DNA of 64,000 nt from an uncultured Candidatus Saccharibacteria bacterium (GTDB taxonomy: Bacteria; Patescibacteriota; Minisyncoccia; Phycocordibacterales; UBA918): assembly GCA_964552045.1 (NCBI GenBank), contig CAZKFF010000004.1, positions 20,368 to 84,367 of the forward strand, given 5' to 3'. Under the pieces are notes generated by a model. It made no database searches. It saw only the letters and a list, made by a program, of their open reading frames with translations, and had not been told where the DNA came from. The position numbers and the translations under genes are program-made. This document shows, piece after piece, positions 38,454-47,392 of the stretch. The number at the start of each line of letters is the position of its first letter. The stretch's first letter is position 1.

Positions 38454-40004
38454 CTATTTCAATATTTTCTTCACATCATTGATCTCCTTTTCGATGAGTG
38501 TTTCAGAGACCTCGAGCGCCTGATTGAGTCCCTCGACAGCCTCCTTTTCCTTGGCAGAAAGACGCGGCCGTTTGGTGATGTTATTCACCTGATCGTAGAT
38601 CTCATCGCGCAGCGCAGAGAATATTTTTTCCATCTGATCCTGTATCTCGCGGGTCTCTTTGCGGAGCCGTTCCTCCTTCTTACTGAACTGCTTACGTTCA
38701 AAGATGAGGTAACCGAACTGCAGAAGTATGGTAAGGATAAGCAGTCCTATCAGAATGTTCGTACCAGTGAGAAATGACCAGAAGCTCACTTCTTCAACAG
38801 TCTCCGCTGGCTTGACCCATCCTGCGGTGATCAGAACCGGCGATGAGCTCTCTGTCTTATTGCCCGCCTTATCGAAAGCGATCACCTTCACTGTGTATGT
38901 GCCGTCCTCAAGCTCCTTGAGCATGTAGCCGAGTTTTGCTTCGTCCGGCGTGACAACTACCGGTTCTTTGTCCGCAACAGTGAGCTCGTAATGATCAATG
39001 CCCGAAGTCACATCTTTTGCTTCAAATACCAGAAGTGGGAATGAGGAAGGCGAGGTGCCTGCCTGAATATGAATGGCAAACGGTTCAGGTGCTGTCGTGT
39101 CGATCTGGATCTTGCGGTTGGTAATTGCGCCCCAGCCTACCTGATTCTTGAATTGCACGCTGAGATACTGAACGCCGTCTGCAAGATTCTCAGCACTGAC
39201 AACAAACTCCTCTACAGGCGGGTCGATGATCGTGCTCGGTTCGTTTTCCGAAGATGTCGCGATCTCGGCGGCGAGCGCATTGACATCGAACGGCAGTTCC
39301 CAGGTGAACACTCCGTCAACTTTGTTGTACCACAGTTCGGGGTCAAGGAAGGTGACCGATCCAACCTCAGGAGCACGAGGAGGATCGCCGAATGCCAATG
39401 CAGCATTATTGTCTTCGTCGGACGTCTCCGGTTCCGCAGTCTCTTCAGGCTCTTCCGCTGGTGTTGGTGTCTGCGTGGTTGCGGCCGCTACAGTAAAGCT
39501 CGCTCCATTCTTTCCTTCGAGCACATCGGTGCCGCGGCCGTCAGCTGCAAGTGCGGAAGCAGTGCCGAATGCTATAGCTCCCGTACCGTTTGACAGTGTT
39601 CTGAACGTTACAGTGAGCAGATTGGAGCGCGATGAGAACGGCGTCGGGCTACCGCCGCCGAATGAAATGGTTCCTGCAGTATTCGAAAATGTGGGTTCAG
39701 TGGTCCAGAGCGAAAAGACCGATCCGGTTTTGGACACGTTGACCACAGAAAGAACCGACTTATCGAAGGTCAGCTCTGCTTCAACCGCATTGACACTGTC
39801 GCCAGACGGATCAATCTGAATGGTCGTTGTGAACGTCTGCCCCACTGAGTAGGAGCCTGACGCGGGTGATATCTGCAGATTTGCAGCAAAAGCAGTACGC
39901 GTGAAAAGAAGCAGCAGTACGAGAAAAAGCGCCGCCTTGAGAGTAAGCAACAGCAATGGTATTCGATTTTCAAAAAATGAACTCTGGGTTGAAAGAACGC
40001 TCAT
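38454..40004 (-). CDS. Membrane-anchored cohesin-domain protein (paralogue of 6400-8160)
   Basis: GQTFTTTIQIDPSGDSVNAVEAELTFD..LWTTEP..ISFGGG..ALAADGRGTDVL; TM; coiled-coil tail ending IEKEINDVKKILK (compare VEKEIGDVEDLVD). Confidence 0.85.
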   Translation of the reverse strand: MSVLSTQSSFFENRIPLLLLTLKAALFLVLLLLFTRTAFAANLQISPASGSYSVGQTFTTTIQIDPSGDSVNAVEAELTFDKSVLSVVNVSKTGSVFSLWTTEPTFSNTAGTISFGGGSPTPFSSRSNLLTVTFRTLSNGTGAIAFGTASALAADGRGTDVLEGKNGASFTVAAATTQTPTPAEEPEETAEPETSDEDNNAALAFGDPPRAPEVGSVTFLDPELWYNKVDGVFTWELPFDVNALAAEIATSSENEPSTIIDPPVEEFVVSAENLADGVQYLSVQFKNQVGWGAITNRKIQIDTTAPEPFAIHIQAGTSPSSFPLLVFEAKDVTSGIDHYELTVADKEPVVVTPDEAKLGYMLKELEDGTYTVKVIAFDKAGNKTESSSPVLITAGWVKPAETVEEVSFWSFLTGTNILIGLLILTILLQFGYLIFERKQFSKKEERLRKETREIQDQMEKIFSALRDEIYDQVNNITKRPRLSAKEKEAVEGLNQALEVSETLIEKEINDVKKILK

Positions 40005-40030
40005 ACTCTCCTTTGCCTTACCACCTATTA

Positions 40031-40495
40031 TTACACACGCTGTGCTCCTTTCGCCTTCGTTATCTTCAGTTTGACCTTTTCTTTCTCCTCCGGTTTCAAA
40101 AGCGGAAGCACGAGGATCAGCACGCCGTTCTTTATCTTTGCGTCAGCATGCTCGATGTCGACGCTCTCAGGCAGAATTATCCTGCGGTAGAAATCACCCC
40201 ACACGCATTCTTCCGTGAAGAATGCACCGTCGGGTTTCTTCTTGGGAAAAGCGATGTGTTCAGGTCGCAGGCGGCGGCCTTCAATAAGCACAATATCGGC
40301 ATCACCTTCGATCGAGACCTGAATATCCGACATATCGGCACCGGCTGCATGTGCATACACGACGATGAGGTTGTCAGTCTGAAATACATCGACATCAAGC
40401 TGCACTATTTTGTTGAGCGCAGTTTCCTCATCGCTTGAGAGCAATTTTTCTTCTGAGCGGACACCTCTGCCTTTGAGTCGTTGCAAGAAGGACAT
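40031..40495 (-). CDS. Hsp20/alpha-crystallin small heat-shock protein
   Basis: VDVFQTDNLIVV..AGAD..DIQVSI..EECVWGDFYRRIILPESVD..ADAKIKNGVLILVLP; start 40495 has TATAAT 7 nt upstream. Confidence 0.93.
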   Translation of the reverse strand: MSFLQRLKGRGVRSEEKLLSSDEETALNKIVQLDVDVFQTDNLIVVYAHAAGADMSDIQVSIEGDADIVLIEGRRLRPEHIAFPKKKPDGAFFTEECVWGDFYRRIILPESVDIEHADAKIKNGVLILVLPLLKPEEKEKVKLKITKAKGAQRV

Positions 40496-40596
40496 ATAAC
40501 AAATTATATAGCGTGCGTGAGCTTTATTATGTATCACTTACCCACAGCCACACCGATCCTGTCCGCAGGTATTCGAGCATGAGTCGGTCACGACCC

Positions 40597-42507
40597 TTAG
40601 CCCGTCCAGTTGAACAGCATGATCGAAAAGTCAGTCAGACTTACTGTTCCATCTCTGTTGATGTCTGCGGGCGGATTGGAATCTCCTCCATTGCCGCCCC
40701 ACCAGAACAGCAGTATGGAGAAGTCGGTGAGATTGATCTTGCCGTCGGTATTGAGGTCAGCACTGAGAGGCACATCGGCATTCTGTCCAACCCCGTAGAA
40801 GGTATAGCCGGAGAAGTTCGTCTCGAGGCCAAGTCCGGATTGCTGTTTCGCTTTTGCGCGCGCTTTGTAGGTACCGGTTGAAAAGCCATTGGTATCGACG
40901 GCCACCGACCATGCGCCGCTACTGTTTGAAGTTGTGGTAAAGGTCTTCCGCGAGGCGGCGCTTTTGTCGTTCTGATTCTCCAGGGTTATCTCCGCATTTG
41001 GAATTGAGTAGCCACTGAGCGTCAACGTTTCGCCGGGCGTCACTGGATCAGGTGATGCCTTGACCGACGGCATGATATTGATGTTCGACAGATTGGAAGT
41101 TCGTCCTCCGGTAACCGTAAACGACGTGCTGAAGGTTGATGATTTCACTTTGTCGCTTCCCATTGCGTAGACCCCGAATGTGTAGACACCGCGCGCGATC
41201 TCTTCGAGCGTCACTGAGTAGCTTCCGTCATTGCCGGCCCGAGTCGATTCAGCCTCTGAGCCGTCAACAAGTACATAGACGGTACTTCCAGGGAACGCAT
41301 ACCCGCGAATGATGACCTCAGCATCGCCGCTCCGATATGGACCGTCTTCATTTTCGAATCCGCCGCCGCTTTGGTCCTCATCATCTTCTCCCCTGCTGCC
41401 TCCCGAGCCGCCGCCCGAGCCGCCACTTCCCGAACTGCTGCCGCCGGATCCGCTCCCGCCGGAGTTGCTGCCGCCGCCGGTGCCTGAGGAACCGCTTCCG
41501 GTACCCTCATTTCCTGATCCCGTTCCCTCACCCTCTGTGTCTCCTTCTGTATTGGGAATTCCTTCCGGCGGTTCGAGCGAAGTGAACACGATCTCGTAGT
41601 CGTCAATGTTGAAGTTGCCTTCATCGTCAATACAGCGGACGTAGTATGCGTTGACCGTACCGGTAGCAACCGCTTTTTCCTCCGCGTGCACGAGGAGACC
41701 GGTGCTTGAAAATACATCGGTCATATCATGAAAATCAACGCCTGGAGTCCGGCTCATGCGGCACACAGCAAGCTCGTCGGTTTCAAGCGAAAGTTCAACA
41801 TTGAGCACGGTACCGCTGACCTCCCCCGTTGGAGCGCCGTTGAAACGGAATGGCGGAACCTCCTCGGTTGTATCTGCAGGGCCGACACCCACGGCATCGA
41901 CAACTGCGATATTGAATTGGGCATAGGCTGGCTCTGCACCGCCGCCCACGGTAACGGCAAACCGGTATGTCCCCGGAGTACCGCTGTTTTTGATCGGCTC
42001 GACATCACCAGCTATAGTCGTGGTTCCGGTTGTGGTGCTGTATGAAACGCTCTCCTGAAGAGCACCAGACGTATGGTTGCCGATACGCATCTCGATAGCG
42101 GAACCGGATGGTATGCCGGTTGTCGGATTGAGATTGTACCGTATTGCCCCCGGCGATCCCGGAGTTATGACAACCTCATCGACGTTCGGAGCAAGAACCG
42201 CCCCTGCCGAGCGAAGTGCTCCGTTGACGTACAGTTCCACATTCCGCTCCGCAAATGTAGAGGTCGCAAGGATTTCGAATCCGGACGCCGGCTCTACCTC
42301 AATATAACCGCCGGGCGATATGTCGGTTCCGAGTTTGAACTCAAGCGTGTGATTCGCATACCCCGATGGCCGCGAGTCAGAAATAGTATCTTTATAGGAA
42401 AGAATATTGAGCGCCTTGCTTTCAAACGGAAAAGCGGCAAACAGACACGACCCCAGCACAAGCAACGCAAGTGCACAGGCAGCTTTGCGCACCAAGGAAA
42501 CTTTCAT
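40597..42507 (-). CDS. Secreted protein: WxL-subunit-type N-domain, Gly/Ser linker, two Ig-like domains, C-terminal dockerin
   Basis: N-domain DTISDSRPSGYANHTLEF; C-terminal half paralogous to 10957-12102; dockerin DLNTDGKINLTDFSIL...DINRDGTVSLTDFSIMLFNWTG. Confidence 0.85.
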   Translation of the reverse strand: MKVSLVRKAACALALLVLGSCLFAAFPFESKALNILSYKDTISDSRPSGYANHTLEFKLGTDISPGGYIEVEPASGFEILATSTFAERNVELYVNGALRSAGAVLAPNVDEVVITPGSPGAIRYNLNPTTGIPSGSAIEMRIGNHTSGALQESVSYSTTTGTTTIAGDVEPIKNSGTPGTYRFAVTVGGGAEPAYAQFNIAVVDAVGVGPADTTEEVPPFRFNGAPTGEVSGTVLNVELSLETDELAVCRMSRTPGVDFHDMTDVFSSTGLLVHAEEKAVATGTVNAYYVRCIDDEGNFNIDDYEIVFTSLEPPEGIPNTEGDTEGEGTGSGNEGTGSGSSGTGGGSNSGGSGSGGSSSGSGGSGGGSGGSRGEDDEDQSGGGFENEDGPYRSGDAEVIIRGYAFPGSTVYVLVDGSEAESTRAGNDGSYSVTLEEIARGVYTFGVYAMGSDKVKSSTFSTSFTVTGGRTSNLSNINIMPSVKASPDPVTPGETLTLSGYSIPNAEITLENQNDKSAASRKTFTTTSNSSGAWSVAVDTNGFSTGTYKARAKAKQQSGLGLETNFSGYTFYGVGQNADVPLSADLNTDGKINLTDFSILLFWWGGNGGDSNPPADINRDGTVSLTDFSIMLFNWTG

Positions 42508-42561
42508 ACATAGTATTGTAGCCTGCTGTGGTCATACAGCAGCGCCTGCTGTACACATGTG

Positions 42562-43368
42562 TCACAAAACGCACCTGAATCCGATTGCGACTCCGGAAGC
42601 GGTCGGGAGCGTCTGAGCATGCACTGCATAGATGCCGGCATCGAGTCCGCTGCCGTAGAATCCACCGCGAAGCACGCCGAACGCTCCATCATTTGATGAC
42701 CACAGATAATCCTGATAGAACAATTCCGACGGAGAGCTACCGGTAAGGACTGCCATGCCAGAAGCATCGACCTGGGTGACATAGCCTGAGTGTGGCAACT
42801 CTCTTCCTGCATACATGCCCTGGAGCACGTCATCCGTAGTCCACTCCCACACATTTCCAATGCTGTCATATGCACCCACAGCTGAAATACATTCCTCATG
42901 GGTGCCGGTTGGTGAGGCGCCGCTTGCATCGATGTTACATGTGTGCGCATCATCAGGAGTGCCTACCGAAGAGAGATACCACTCATCGCTGCGAGGCAGC
43001 CGCTTCCCTGCGCGCATGCAGGCGGTCAGAGCTTGCTCACGGGTTATATACCGCCACGCGTCGGCGTCCGGCTTCGACTCCGCCTCGCATTGTGCGGTAT
43101 CCATATTCTCTCTGGTCTGCAACTCGTTTTGGGGATTCTTCTGCGGACACGAAGCCGCAGCGGACGCCTCGTACATGTCAACACACCGGTATGTGATTGC
43201 CATGGGCACTTCGACCATACCAGCAGGGCATGCACTGTCGTCTCCGGCTTTGATCACCTGACCCAACAGCGTCGAACGTGAACCCTGCAGCGTGTCGGCC
43301 GCATCGATCCCGAGCGCGGTTATGAGAACAGCGCCACAGATAACCGCCCCGACTTTGAGCAATTTCAT
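42562..43368 (-). CDS. FGE-sulfatase (SUMF1) / C-type-lectin-fold domain protein, secreted or anchored
   Basis: CVDMYEAS, ACMRAGKRLPRSDEW, YDSIGNVWEW, RGGFYG, IGFRCV. Confidence 0.88.
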   Translation of the reverse strand: MKLLKVGAVICGAVLITALGIDAADTLQGSRSTLLGQVIKAGDDSACPAGMVEVPMAITYRCVDMYEASAAASCPQKNPQNELQTRENMDTAQCEAESKPDADAWRYITREQALTACMRAGKRLPRSDEWYLSSVGTPDDAHTCNIDASGASPTGTHEECISAVGAYDSIGNVWEWTTDDVLQGMYAGRELPHSGYVTQVDASGMAVLTGSSPSELFYQDYLWSSNDGAFGVLRGGFYGSGLDAGIYAVHAQTLPTASGVAIGFRCVL

Positions 43369-43465
43369 GCTCTAAGTATACACGCATGTGCGCTGTAGCT
43401 TACATATTTATCCAAAACGTGTGCGGAGTCACACGCACATTTTCTCGCGGTACGTGCAAAGTTCT

Positions 43466-44269
43466 TTACATATCCTTCACGCAGCGAAAACCGATTCCCG
43501 AGGTCTTGAAGTCGAGCGGCACAGACATGTTCTGCGCAAATATACCTGCGTCTTCGCCGCCTCCATAAAAGCCGCCGCGTATGACGCCGCGAACCCCATC
43601 AGAACTCGTCCACGCGTAGTCCTTCCCGAATTCAGCAACAGCCTCCGGTGCAGTCTGAAGCACCACGCCATTGGTATCGACAAGTGAGACATACCCGCTC
43701 GCAGGAAGCGTGCGGTCTGCGTAGCTGCCGTCAACAACTTCTTCATCGATCCACTCCCATACATTGCCGATCATGTCATGCACTCCAGAAGGAGTGACGC
43801 ATGCGGCTTTGCCTGTTGGCGCCGCAGAAGACTCGTGCATCACGCATGAGGTAGCGTCGCCGAATCCGCTTGCGGTCTTATACCATTCCTCGTTCGTCGG
43901 CAGGCGCTTGCCTGCGCGCGCACACAGCTGCTGCGCCTGCGTCAGCGAGACGAACCTCCAGGGCATTGCGTCTTCCTTTGACTCCGGGTGACAATCTGCA
44001 GCATTGGCATTGTCCTGCGTTTCGATCTCATTCTGGGGATCCTGATGCGGACACTCAGAAGACGGCGACGCTTCGTATACATCCACGCACAGGCTGTGGC
44101 TTCCGAACAAAAGCTGCACCGCACCATCTCCGCACACTGAGGCACTTTCAAGCACCAGGCCTGATAAGTTGCCTTCCACACCACGCAGCACGTCGCTTGC
44201 CTGTATGGCAGCTGTAGAAAGTATCACCGCCGCGAGTCCAACAAGCGCTGACTTTTGGAATGTGTTCAT
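43466..44269 (-). CDS. FGE-sulfatase (SUMF1) / C-type-lectin-fold domain protein, tandem paralogue
   Basis: CVDVYEAS, LCARAGKRLPTNEEW, HDMIGNVWEW, RGGFYG, IGFRCV. Confidence 0.88.
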   Translation of the reverse strand: MNTFQKSALVGLAAVILSTAAIQASDVLRGVEGNLSGLVLESASVCGDGAVQLLFGSHSLCVDVYEASPSSECPHQDPQNEIETQDNANAADCHPESKEDAMPWRFVSLTQAQQLCARAGKRLPTNEEWYKTASGFGDATSCVMHESSAAPTGKAACVTPSGVHDMIGNVWEWIDEEVVDGSYADRTLPASGYVSLVDTNGVVLQTAPEAVAEFGKDYAWTSSDGVRGVIRGGFYGGGEDAGIFAQNMSVPLDFKTSGIGFRCVKDM

Positions 44270-44652
44270 GCGGCCTTTGTATCGCTTAGGAGCCTTCTGC
44301 CCCGTGTGAAATCGAGGACATAATTGAGCACGATCAGTACAAGAATGATGAAGAGGATAATACTGAGTATGAACGTTGACGTATCGCCGCTGTGCGCTGA
44401 TGACTCCTTCAGTGAGACCTCGATCTCACGCGCATCAAGCTCCTGCTGGCGCTGTACGAGCTGGGCTGAGAGCGTATTGACATCGGTCGGAAGCACAGAC
44501 GCATTGATACCGATCGCTGTAGCAAGATAACTGCCGGTATTGAGTGAAAGCTCATGAGTGACTGGAGAGAACAGACCGCTCACAAACAGAAGCACGAGTG
44601 CAAGCGAGAGCGCAGATACCCGCAGAAATTTATGGTAGAGGGAATCAGACAT
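44266..44652 (-). CDS. Small two-TM protein with a short extracellular coiled coil
   Basis: TMs at both ends, NTLSAQLVQRQQELDAREIE between; start 44652 is preceded by TGTTAAAAT plus 6 nt. Confidence 0.8.
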   Translation of the reverse strand: MSDSLYHKFLRVSALSLALVLLFVSGLFSPVTHELSLNTGSYLATAIGINASVLPTDVNTLSAQLVQRQQELDAREIEVSLKESSAHSGDTSTFILSIILFIILVLIVLNYVLDFTRGRRLLSDTKAA

Positions 44653-44667
44653 ATACATATTTTAACA

Positions 44668-45741
44668 CTATGCGAACAGAGCGAGAAGAACGATGAGGAA
44701 AAGTGCTGTGACAGCAAGCATGACCGCCACCACAAGAAGCAACGCTGACACGCCTCCCCCTCGGCGGCGTCGCGCAATACGGCGCGCACCAGCATATCCC
44801 CGGATGGCCCTGCGTATATAGAGCTTCACGGATACATATGCGACAAGAAGCAGAAACGCGAGTACGCCGGCAGCAGGAAGTATGATGTTCATCGGAAGAA
44901 TCCAGAATGAAGCAGTGCTTGAAATGGTTGCCTGTCTTCCCTGATCTCCATAGACCATGCTTAAGATAGCCTCGTACCTGCCGAAACCGGGACCCTCATG
45001 TTCCCAGACGATCTCGAATGTGCGCTCCGCATTCGGAAATACTCCCGCCTTCTTTTCGTTCATGGTAAGCATCGCTACACGCTTGCCGAACATGTTGTAT
45101 ACCTCAAGCGGACCGACAGGCCGGACCAGAACATTACCCTTGTTCTCGATGCGTGCGGAAAAATCGATCTCCGGCTTGCCATAGATGAAATTACCGGTTG
45201 AGAACGAACGTATCTGTGCATTCTCCACTGCGTCCCCGGCAACACGGATGCTGATGATGTTGGCAACCTCATAACCGACCGATGCACCGGTTGAACGCAG
45301 GCGGGGCGGATCCATCGAGACGAACACACCGCCGAAGTGGCTGCCCGGCGTCGCATTGTCCGGAACAGAAAGGGTTACTGTTATTTCTTTCTCTTCTCCC
45401 GGGTTAAGGGTGAGCTCGGTCGTATCGAGCGTGATCCATTCGGTGAGCTCATAGCCGGTTTTCTCTGCGTTCTCCTCGGCAAAGATCGGCACTCCGGCGC
45501 CTTCAACCCCGACAATATCGCGGGTAAACAGATAATACGTCTGCGTGGTGCCGCTGAGGTTGGTGATACCGACCTTGTGCTCCTGAACTTCGCCGGGATT
45601 TGCCGGACCTTCAATGGTCGCCGGTCTGATACCGATACCCGTGCCCGTTGACTGTGCCTGCGCATACAGCGGAAACAAGGAACCGATGCTGAACAATATC
45701 AAGAAAAAAAGAGAACGCTTGAAGGTGAGTGAAAACGCCAT
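44668..45741 (-). CDS. DUF916/DUF3324-like (WxL-interacting, pilus-chaperone-like) membrane protein
   Basis: GIGIRPATIE..NPGE..ITNLS..WITL..LNPGEEKEITVTLSVPDNATPGSHFGGV; IENKGNVLVRP..GFGRYEA; two C-terminal TMs; directly downstream of the WxL-like gene. Confidence 0.78.
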   Translation of the reverse strand: MAFSLTFKRSLFFLILFSIGSLFPLYAQAQSTGTGIGIRPATIEGPANPGEVQEHKVGITNLSGTTQTYYLFTRDIVGVEGAGVPIFAEENAEKTGYELTEWITLDTTELTLNPGEEKEITVTLSVPDNATPGSHFGGVFVSMDPPRLRSTGASVGYEVANIISIRVAGDAVENAQIRSFSTGNFIYGKPEIDFSARIENKGNVLVRPVGPLEVYNMFGKRVAMLTMNEKKAGVFPNAERTFEIVWEHEGPGFGRYEAILSMVYGDQGRQATISSTASFWILPMNIILPAAGVLAFLLLVAYVSVKLYIRRAIRGYAGARRIARRRRGGGVSALLLVVAVMLAVTALFLIVLLALFA

Positions 45742-45877
45742 AAGTTCGTAACGTGAATAACAGATTCATTCTAGCACTCGTTGCTCTGCTTCCTAACGAA
45801 TTCATGTACATAACCCGTCATATATATATGTCGAACAGGTATACCGACCGTGACGGTCAAAAACATGTTTGGCCTTG

Positions 45878-45920
45878 CGTAAAAGAAAAGACCCCCTTGA
45901 GGGGATCTCTTCTTTCTACG
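45878..45920 (-). terminator. Intrinsic terminator after WxL-like copy A
   Basis: Minus strand AGAAGAGATCCCC-TCAA-GGGGGTCTTTTCTTTT. Confidence 0.75.
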
Positions 45921-45939
45921 TTGTACGTTCGTTTTGTGA

Positions 45940-47058
45940 TTAGAACGTTGGAGTAGCGATGTACGTAAGCGTCGTGCTGTAGTCATCAGCAGCTTCCTGC
46001 AGCGGACTGATCTCGACTTGGAATCCGATTGATGTCGAACCCTCGCCTGCTGTTGTACCGTCAGCTGGGCCATCATGGCTAAACACTACTTGTGGCGTTG
46101 TTGAAACTCCAGCCCATGTGTTCGAACCAAACTCGTTTGTACGGGTGGTATCAGTATCTTCTGAAGTGATACCCCAGTGGCCCCACGTGTTCTCATTAGC
46201 GATGTTGTCCTGTGGTGATGCCCATGCCGCCGGTGTGTCAGAGGTGACCGAATCGACAAAGTTATCGATGTCAGCACCCGTTGACGAAAGAAGGTGCTGG
46301 TCCTCTTCAATAGTAACTACGAAGCCCTGAATAGCGTTTGTGGTTACCGCAAGATCTTGTGCAAGCGTTTCTATCTCACCGGCAGACAGCGTTCCAAATG
46401 GAATCGTCGTCGACGAACTTGTAATAGTGGTCGAGGTTCCATTGATCGCTGTTGAGGTCGCAACTCCAGCAACTGTGAAGCTGAATGTTGTCTGGACGTT
46501 TGCCGTAACCTCAACCGTATCAAGGATGACCACGCGCGTGTGTCCACTGTCCGAAGTCCCCGCTGAGATATCGATCTCATATGACTGATTTCCACCTGCT
46601 GGAGCAGGGTTGACTATCTGTGTATCAGGCGTACCTTCATTGGTCGCGTGATCACCGATCAGGATCGTTGTTGTTGCATCAGCAGCGATAGAACCTGTGT
46701 TGATAGTGATCGTGATATCATCAGCTCCGGTCACTACTGACCAGTCTGCAGCCTGTACGTTTGCACCATTTACGAGGAGATCAATATCTTCTTGTCCGAT
46801 CCCAGTAAGATCGAATGTGCCTGTTTCGAATGCTATTACAATGTCCTCACCGTTTCCCACTCCGGTTGGAGAGACAAATTCAATAGTGTGATTTGATGCC
46901 GCGCTCGGAGCTGAGTCCGAAAGCAGATCATACACATTTGTAATGTTTGCTGCCTGAGCGAAATGTGATGCACCCATTGCCCACATAAGAAGCGCAGTTG
47001 CCACGAGTGTCGCGATCACTCTGTAGCTTGCAGAAACATTTCGTGATAATACGAACAT
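45940..47058 (-). CDS. Secreted WxL-like two-domain surface subunit (copy A)
   Basis: Likely start MFVLSRN at 47058 (the upstream ORF extension looks non-coding); DLLSDSAPSAASNHTIEF ... ADDYSTTLTYIATPTF. Confidence 0.75.
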   Translation of the reverse strand: MFVLSRNVSASYRVIATLVATALLMWAMGASHFAQAANITNVYDLLSDSAPSAASNHTIEFVSPTGVGNGEDIVIAFETGTFDLTGIGQEDIDLLVNGANVQAADWSVVTGADDITITINTGSIAADATTTILIGDHATNEGTPDTQIVNPAPAGGNQSYEIDISAGTSDSGHTRVVILDTVEVTANVQTTFSFTVAGVATSTAINGTSTTITSSSTTIPFGTLSAGEIETLAQDLAVTTNAIQGFVVTIEEDQHLLSSTGADIDNFVDSVTSDTPAAWASPQDNIANENTWGHWGITSEDTDTTRTNEFGSNTWAGVSTTPQVVFSHDGPADGTTAGEGSTSIGFQVEISPLQEAADDYSTTLTYIATPTF

Positions 47059-47392
47059 GTTCTTTGGTATTAAATTATTTTTAAATAACTGTTGTGACGA
47101 TGTCTCACAAAAAACATCATCAGTCCCGGCAGAGATCATATGTGGAGAATAGAACGGACGCTTTATAAAAGGTGTAGCCTTAAACGCCCTATCTATCTTT
47201 TTGATCCCTATCGGTCTACATATAATGATACAAGGACATTGCCAGCCTGTCTTAAATGTTGTGTTGATAAGTATGTCCTGTATGCCGCGCGCGTATCCTT
47301 TCTTTTCTCTATGCTTCACACTCAAAAGGTCTGAGGCATTTCTTAATTATTTAAAGTCATAAAGTACACGTGTCCTTTTGACCGTTAGCGGC

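Noticed and set aside
4951-42507. A true cellulosome
   Set aside because: Cohesins and dockerins are present, but no glycoside hydrolase, lyase or esterase domain is recognisable on any dockerin-bearing protein in the window.
42562-44269. Diversity-generating retroelement in cis
   Set aside because: No reverse transcriptase and no adenine-mismatched template repeat were seen in the window. The two 3' ends look like diverged paralogues.
47059-47325. 89-aa N-terminal extension of the WxL-like copy A
   Set aside because: The paralogue and the signal-peptide position support a start at 47058. The upstream stretch is AT-rich and folds as RNA.
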